Of a DNA stretch of 61,072 nt, positions 42,801 through 51,800 are shown piece by piece. This DNA comes from Candidatus Omnitrophota bacterium. Its GTDB lineage: Bacteria; Omnitrophota; Omnitrophia; Omnitrophales; Aquincolibacteriaceae. The DNA is taken from contig JAYTHE010000034.1 in assembly GCA_043732705.1 (NCBI GenBank), forward strand, positions 1-61,072, read 5' to 3'. The notes under the pieces are model-generated. The model saw nothing but the letters and a program-made list of their open reading frames with translations, was not told the origin of the DNA and did no database searches. Position 1 is the first letter of the stretch. Each line of letters starts with the position of its first letter. Position numbers and translations under genes: made by a program.

Positions 42801-45800
42801 CGAACTCTTTTTTTACATGATGGCTTCCGGCGACATTATTTTTTACGACAGCGGGAATGACAATGACATCATTTATTATAAAGGAACAACGCAAAAACAA
42901 TTAAATGAAAAAGATGTTGTTCAAATTAAATTTGATAGAAGCAAAACTGAAATTTATATTATTTTAAAAAATGATGTAGTTGGTCGGTTTGGAGAGATGG
43001 TTAATCTTGCGGGGCAATCTATTGCGGTGAAATATCTTTATGAAAAAGACTGGAATCGAGACACCGAACAATATCCCAATATTTTTGAATGGGAAGATGT
43101 TCCGGTCGCTGTAAGTGCTTTGGGGACAGACCCTGTTCCCGAAATTGCGCTGGGGTCAGTCCCCAAAGCAAAGCGTCTTACGCATCTTAAAGATGTTTCA
43201 AGTATTCTCGACGATAAAATCCGCATGCTTGAAGCATTGCTTGGTGGAACCGAAGACCATGGGGGACAGAGCCTGCCTACCGGTCAGGCAGGCAATATTG
43301 CTCTGTCCCCAACGCCCTCTGTCATTCCCGCGCAGGCGGGAATCCAGTCTTCAGTCTCTGGTCTCTTGTCTCCTGACTCTAATAAGATCGAACTTTCCGA
43401 CGGTATTTTTGTTGGGTTTGGAAAATGGAAATGGGGTGTAGGCCAAATCGATCAGGACGGCCAATTTCTTACGGGCACTGAGTGGTATGGCAGATTTGAT
43501 AATATCCAAAAAATAGAGGTTCACGGTACGGGTGAAAAGCGCATTTTATTCATTACAGATGAAACAAGAATCGTCGCGGTTGAACTCATTCAAGAAACCG
43601 ACAGCGCCGGCGAATCAACCTTTCATTTTTGGCATCCCGGTCATGTCATTTTAGACCAAGAAATTAGCGCGCCCATTCAAAATTCACGCATACATGCTTT
43701 TGCTGATTGCGTATTGTGGACAGGTTGGTTTCAATCCCCTGAAGGCCCAAGATTCTTTAAGTATGAAATCAATTTGGTGGATGGAAGTGTAACAGGTCCA
43801 CCGCCGAGTCTATTGGGTCCGAATTTTCATGGCTTAAATTACTATCAAATCGGAAGCGAAGAATATATTTTTCAAAGCTTTGGAAATAATTCCGCGTTTC
43901 AACTTGATAAAGTCTTGGAAACCGAGGCAGGCATTGTCATCGATGGGGTGAACCATGTTCGCTGGGCAGATTTGGGCATCAAACCTGCTCTGGGTGATTT
44001 TAAGTCTGGGAATCCGATTCAAATCGGCGGGGAATGGTATTTGCAAATTGAATCACAAATTCCGGGAACTTCGAACGGTAAATACTTTAGTTTGAAAAAG
44101 TTAGAACATTCGTTTAAAGAAGACAGAGTTGCCTTCGTCTATCAACTTGATTTAACGACTACAATCCAGGCTTTGACGGCAAATTTTTCATCGGAAGTCA
44201 GCGTAAAATCCGTTAAAAATAAAGATGACAAAACCATCGTCCGCTTAGCGGGTTTTCCTGATGGTGAATCTGAACGTGATTATGAGTGGGTGAAGCAAGG
44301 CAACGAAATTAAATTTGTTCCTGTCCCCGGTGTTGCGCCCAATACGCCACCACCTACCATAAAAAGCGCTGTCAGGCTGGACGAAAAATATTGGGTGGGT
44401 TTAACGGATCATGGGATTCAAATCGCTTACAACCCCAAACCAGGAGAGGTGGGTATTCAAAATAATAAGCCGTTGGCGGATATTCTCAAATTTGAATATA
44501 AAATTATTTCCGGAAAGCCCTATTTATTTATCACAACTAAGACGCGTTTATTATTGGTTCCGTTTGATTCCAATTTAGGGTTTAAAGCGTTTGGTGCGCC
44601 TGTATGGGAAAAGACATTCGATCCCGCTCAGCCGATTGCCGACTCCAAAGTTGCAGTTCTTGATCCGATTGGTGAAAACGGCAATTTGGCTGGGCGTTGG
44701 ATAATTTACGCCGCAGAAGCCGCGGGGCACAAAGCGTTAACTCAAAACATCGATATTTATTTTGAGCCGACCGGAGCTGTAGATCATGTGGTTCCTCAAG
44801 ATCCGGTTCGATTTACGCATTCGGATGCCCAAATCGGATTTTACGAAATCGACGGCGAATTTTATAAATTTATGGGCAATCCTTATTTATTTGAGATTCG
44901 TCAAATTGTTCGATCAACAACTGATGGTTCGATCCATGAAGAACAAGTTGGTGGCCGGAGCTGGAAAGACATGGGCTATGGAGACAGTAGCGGCGGAATT
45001 TTTGTCGCGGCGAATGTCATTCGAATTGATTCGCCATTAAAAACGGATGATGAAAATTGGAATACGGATCTTTTTCTTTCGGTTGCGTATTACTATGATG
45101 GGGCTGGTGCCGCGGAAACCAAATTCGCTCTGTATCCAATCAAAACGGAAAAACGATTAAAAGCCACAGGACACGGCAATACATTTATTGATCGAAAAAC
45201 CCACAAAGTTTTGACGGCCCCCAGTTTGGTGCCAATTAATGCTTCACCACTTCCCGGTTATTACAAAATCGGCGGATCTACTGGCAATAAAATTCAAGCC
45301 AGCATCGAAATAAGTGGGGTTGCGGAAAATTATATTCTTGAATGGCAATTACAGGCGGACGGCAAAACTTTCAAATTGGTCCAGACGCCTAGGGTGACAC
45401 AGCAATTTAAACTCAGAAGATCTAAAACTAATTTTGTGGGAAGAACTCTGGTTTGGGGTGACTCAGACGGAACGGGTATTGATTTGCGTGTTAGTGGTGA
45501 CGCAGTTTCTCTTGAACATCATTCTCTTGCGGATAATGGAGACTCTTCGACCGATGGAGTTCATGAGTTTACCGTCGATGTTCATGGTCTTGAAGCTTCA
45601 AACTTGGTTAGTGTGAAGTACGATTCAGCGACCGATAAGATTTATTTTGTTGTTAACGGGTTATCTCAAATGTCCAAAAAGCCAACTGTTGAGGAACCAT
45701 GGAAAAAAGTTATTTGGATTGATCTGGACGAAGCTCAAAGCGCAGAAGGCTACGCGAAATACAAAGATATTTTGGATTACGAACCTGCCTCTCTGCCCTC

Positions 45801-48800
45801 AAAGGTTTTCCCTGTCTCCGGTCTCTTGTCTCCTGTCCCTGCCTCGCCGGCAGGCAGGTCTAGTCATGAGAATGCGCCTGCGCTTCTCAAACGTCTGAGT
45901 TTCCTCGACCGTTTATTAGCTCTTCTCGAACAGCATTGGGAGTTATCCATTGCTGGCAGCGTTGGATTGGGCGCAGAAGCAACGGAAACAGTTTCCTCGG
46001 GCCTCGGTATCAATGAATTAGAAAAGCAGCTTGCAGAAGTTCAAGCTGAGCTAAAAGCAAATTGGGAAATGAAGCAAGGTCTAAGCACAGCCGGTAATCC
46101 ACGAATGACTATTCGTCATATACCATCGAATCAAAGTGTGGCGTGGTGGTTTGGCACTTTGGGAGAGGTTCCCGAGTCTGAGGATGATGAAGATACAGAT
46201 CTGAAAGTGCGTGATTCAACCCTTCTCACTCAATACCAAGCCTTAAAGAAAAAAGAAGCGGAGTTAACCCAGGCTATCGCTGTTGCGGAAAAATCAGCAC
46301 CCTCGGTTCTCGGTCCTTCGGCCTCGGGCCTAATTGGATTAGTTGCCAAGGAAATCCGTTTAATCAAAAAATGGCTCAGACTGGATACGCTCTTTGAAAC
46401 TTTGAAAGCAAGACTCGCCGCATTCATGGAGCGAGTTTCCTCGGGCCTCCGGCCTCCGGCCACGGTTCCTGTTTCCGCACAGCCGCCGCTTTGGGACGCA
46501 GGGGAATTTTATGCAAGATTGCCTTGGGATATTGATTCAAACTCAAACGGACTGGTTAAGAATATTAATTTTCAAGATGCCGGCTGGAGCTCGATGAAAT
46601 ATAGCCCTGATTACTGGACGCTCAGACTTAAATATAAAAAGGCAAGTGATGACCCTTCCGTAGTGCATGAATTTACAGTTCAAGGTATCCGCGAAGGAAC
46701 AAAATCCAGGCTTATGGTTTGGGGTAAAAAAATCTCTGAAGACATGAGCGTGCTTTTAGATGTGAGTTATGATGCCATTGAGCAAAGGCTATTTTTAACG
46801 TTTGACAGCTCAGTTGAACAGTCCGTAAGAGATGCGCTGAAGCATGCTGATCTTGAAAACAATGAGTTAGGAATAAAATTTAAAATCCAATTCTCAACCC
46901 GTGAAAAAGTCATCGCCGCGAAAGCCCAAAAACTTGAACGCTGGGCTCCCTTATACGGAGATATCAATACAGACAAAGGGGGGCGCAGACTAACTGCGGG
47001 CCCGTTCCAAGAGAAAATGTCATTTAAAGTGGGTGTTCAGAATTGGCAGACAGAAATTCCAAGCAGTCCTATTGTTCAAATTCGCGGGAGCATAGATCTC
47101 AAAAAAATTGTGATTGTTGTCGAAGATGGAACTATTACGAGCGATGTCGCGACATTCATTCGAGAGATTGAGCTTGATGGTGAGAAATATGACATCGTTT
47201 ACATCCAAGATAAAGATGTTGTTCGCGTCGAAGACCAATCCATTTTTAAATTTGAGCCCGCGGTATTGGAGAAATACACGATTGTGAATATTGCGAAAGA
47301 CACGCCCACAGAATATTTTTTGGGTGGGCAAGAGAGCATTTTATTTTTCCCGGAGGGCAAGAAGGTAGTTGTTGCTGAGACAAAAAAAGGTGGAATTGTA
47401 GAAGCATTTGGCTGGCCGGGTTTACACGATAACTTCATCAACTACTTTTTGGATCATGATGATTTGGGAAGAAAGAAGTTGGTCATTATTGTAAAGGAAA
47501 AGACCGACTTCTCGAAATATCCAATACATATGAAATTGCTAAATTTGGATGTTGAATACTGGGAGGGGTCGGTTGCATTAAAACCCGAAAATATCTCAAA
47601 GATAAAAAATGCTCTTGGCAACAAAGCAAATTTAGTTCTTCAGGCAATGGAGACTGTCACCGCGCCCGCAACCGTTGTTCAAAAACAAAAGGCAATTCAC
47701 CCCACGTCAAAAGCTGAAGTTGAAATGAGACTCAGTTCGGATCACAAAGTGCAGATAGTGGGTGCCGATTGGAATATGCCGCATAGAGCTGATACTTATC
47801 AGCTTCCTGACGACGTGATTCACGCTAATATTTTTTATTGGTTAGACCAGCTCTATTTGCTGACATTTTCAAAAGATAGAACAGGGCCTGGTACGGCGAT
47901 TAGACTTTATATGCCCACACAAGGTCAGTTAGGACGGACAACTGATGAGCCCTATAGATCACCGCTTCCAGTAAAAGGTTATCAATTGGTGCAACCAACG
48001 GGTGCTTTATCTGATTATTATTTAAACCTGGAGATGGAGTCGGGAGCGATTGCCACGCAGAGTGGACCGGTTTCTGCCCTGCAATTAAATTTTCCGCTAG
48101 CAACTTTGGATTATTACGCAAGTATCGCCCAAGGCGGTGAAAAGATTATCGACGTAACAGCTCTTACCGATGTTTTTCAACCCGCCGCCGCGCCATCATT
48201 AGAACATTGGGATGGCAATGAAATGAAGTTGGATGGGACCAACTTATTATTTAAAAAAGAAAATGGGTTGGTTTTATATAAGGCAGAAGGTAAATGGTGG
48301 ATTCTTCAAAATAATGAGCCACAGAGAGTTCCGGCAGATGCGGTGATTCAAATTACCACAAGGCGTGCTGGAGACTTGAGAGAGCCGCCCGAGCCCGATG
48401 AAAAGACAATGGTTGTTTTTGTTCTAAGAGATGATTATGGGCATGCGATTAATTTTAATACGTTGGGTGGATATCAAACAACGAGTTATACAGAAACTGG
48501 GGCAATTAAGGCCATTGCTGCCGGCGTTGATTTTTTCAAATTTGCTTCGAAAAAATCTGCAACAAAAACGCGGATTAAGCCGCAGACGACAGGTAGTTAC
48601 AATTTGGGTAAAAACCATGAGGGGGCGAGAGTTGAATTCTCCAGATTGGACGAAATTAGCATGGCTTTTTTTGCGCATTACCCTGGTGGTGGCGCATATC
48701 AACACAATGTTTATCATAAAGGTGGTGTTGACCAATTGAGCCCCAAAGATATTTTGCAAACCAAACTTGTTAATGAACATGGTTCTTTGTCTGTCTATAT

Positions 48801-51800
48801 GGCCGTGAAAAATGGTGCGGATATTTCTAACTATCCCACAAGCATACTTTTGGACAAGAGCGATGCCGGCACGAAATCGGGACCGGGATTTGCGAGAATT
48901 TATTACGTTGAAGAATCTAACTATTTAAAAGAACCTGAGAAATATCCGTCCGGATTATTCGAAACCGAAACCGTGCAGTTGAAACCGATGCCGGCGGGTG
49001 ATGTTGAAATTGGAGAAATGAATGACGGTAGTAAAGTAATCTTGGCGCAGGTAAACGGATTTTATTTTACAGTTGAATCGCAACCTGATGTGACCGGCAA
49101 ATTTGAATTTACAAGACAAGACATTTTGCAGGTAAAAATTCACGATAATAAATTTTATATTGTCGCCCAAGCAGGCATTGATTTCAGCGGTTGGTCCCTT
49201 GAAGGCGAATCGCTTCCGGCAGGGCACACTTACCACGCAGTGATTTTGACACCCGAACAGGCTGTGAGTCCGCGATACGCCGGAATTTTCGAATTCGAAC
49301 CGGTTTCCAACGAGGCCGGAGGCCGGAGTCCCGAGGCTCAAGGCGAAGCCATTGAGCATAGAGCGATTGCTCCGTCTTCTGCGGCGGTTGTGATTCACGC
49401 ACAAATGCAGCAAGTCGGAGAGCAACGCGCTGCAGTTGAAGCTCAGATCAAGGCATTGCCCCCGTCGGGGACTGACCCCCATGACGGCTCGGGTACGGGG
49501 TCTGTCCTCGATACTGCGAAATGGCGCGTTGCGCCGTGGGTTCAGTCAAATGAAATTTTAGCCGAGCATTTTATAGATGCCGCTCAGGGAATAGCTATAG
49601 AACTTGATCCGGGTAGCATGCAAAGCACGGGGCGAATTTTTATTAAGACTACTGCCATTCAACAAGACGGAACTGGGAAATGGCGTAAAACTACGCTCGC
49701 AGAGCATATTAAAAAATTCGATATAAATTTGGCCGAGGCAAATTTTATTGCAATGGGCTACGATTCGAAGAGCAGAAACTTACTAGTTATCGTAAAAGCC
49801 AAACCAGACAATGCCCAAACGTCTTTATTGGTTTATGCTCCCTTGACGCGGCTAAACATAGAATATTTAACTGAAGCCGAAGCGCTTAATCCCTCTCGCC
49901 GCGAGGAACTCGAAAAAGCGGGAATTGTGTTTGAATCTATTGCTGCGGTTACGCAATTCAAAGTAGTGTCGGATCCACGTCTCAAACAAGGCACTGTTGA
50001 TATTCAGCATGTCGGTAGCATTGAACATGGTGGTGATACTTACAATTTGATGCTTGAATCCGGTGCAGCAAGGCCTGAGGGTCAGACGCTCTTGGTTAAG
50101 ATGCAGCGTAACGCGGAGACACCTACAATAGAATTGTTCCTTTTGAAAGATGAACTTTTGGCCTATGGGTTTGATGCATCCCAAGTTCCCGCAAAGCTCG
50201 TTTTTGTTTATAAAGAAAATACAGATCTTTCCGGGCGAGGCAGCAAAATAGAAGCAGTGGGCTCAGCTAAGATCGCTGATGTTAAGCATTTAACCGAATC
50301 TCAGGCTCTTGCCCCCGCCCGCCGCAAAGAACTCGAGAAAGCGGGAATTAAGTTTAAACAAGTTTCGACCGGATTTGACGCAAAAGAATTATTTAATAGT
50401 TTGCCGTGGACTTCAGTTCCCATGCAAACGGGATTGAGTATAAAAGTTTTTGATGAATCGGATACGCGGAAAGGCCGCATGGTTTGGCATGAAAACGGAG
50501 ATTTTGATTTGTTTGCGGGGAAAATCAGGGTGCGAACTAAGCCCGGCAGCTCTGATCGAATTGAATTGATGAATGCAGACAATTCGATTGTAACGGAGTT
50601 GCCTTCAAAGTGGCTGTTAAAAGTTCGGTATGATGCTGCCGCAAAGAAGTTTACATTTGTTTTTGATAAGGCCGCTCAAGACGAGGTGTTAGCGCATATG
50701 GTGAAAGCAGGTCTTGCCGGAATAATACCTGACACCACCCTGGATTCAAAAATTGAGTTTGAGGAATCGTCTCCGTCGAATGAGCCCAAACTTGCGCTAT
50801 GGCCGACTGATGACCAGACTGCCAGCGTCAAAATTGCGGGCGTGAATATTGTTGCATCGGTTTCCGGAACAGGAACTATAGTTCTTACCGAGAGAGTGCC
50901 GGTGGGAAGTGCTCGCGGCGGAGCTCCGAATTTGATTCCGAATACGTATATTCCCCTCGATGATTTTGTTACCCTGGGCGTGGATCCGGATGGCGTGAGC
51001 GCTATGGGTGGAAGGGTGCAAACGCTTGTGATTGTTTTGAAAGATAATCCCTCATTTCAGAAGCCGAGTGATGTCGAAATACAAATTGGCAGTGAAGTGG
51101 TTTTGATTAAGTATGAGCAAGAGTCGGATGTGCTTAAGCATTATTCTGATTATGCTCATGTTTTGAAATCAACCGGCTTGGCCGCGCGCGCGGAATTTTT
51201 GGCGAAATGGAATGCGATTCATACAACCGATCCGATTAAGCCCGAAGATATCGTCCTTGATAAATTAAGTGCGGACGGAACGATTGCGATTTTTGCAAGT
51301 GTTCGACCTGTTGTAGGCATGCCAAAGGAGAAGCAAATATCTTTTTATCGATATAATATTCAAAGCGGTGAAATAGACTATTTCCACCAGCAAAGGCCTG
51401 TTTATATTCCGAATGACCAGGTAGTCGTTGATATTGCCATTTCTCCGAATAACAAGGTTTACTTTTTAAAAATGAAAGAACGAGACGGAGATATTATTAC
51501 TTTTGGTTCAGATAGGACGAAATCCTCTAGCGCGGCTTTCATTGATCCGAAGTTTGATCAAACATTTGAAAATATTTCATATCACATATTTCTTGCGGGA
51601 GGCAGTTCTCATTTCCAAACCGTTAATCTAGGTGGGCCGGTTGTTTTGCGTTCGGAAATCAGAGTCAACCACCGCTCGGCATCCAGTCATCGCGAGGAGT
51701 CCCTCAAGGACGACGTGGCGATCTCTCGCAGAAGAAGTGAGATTGCTTCGCCTAAGGCTCGCAATGACATTAAACCCTTGGGCCCCGGGGCTCCGGCCTC

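Noticed and set aside
20019-49507. CRISPR array as an explanation for the many short repeats
   Set aside because: The repeats are individually palindromic, irregularly spaced (tens of nt to several kb), heterogeneous in sequence and embedded in an open reading frame. No regular repeat-spacer periodicity is visible and no cas genes are present.
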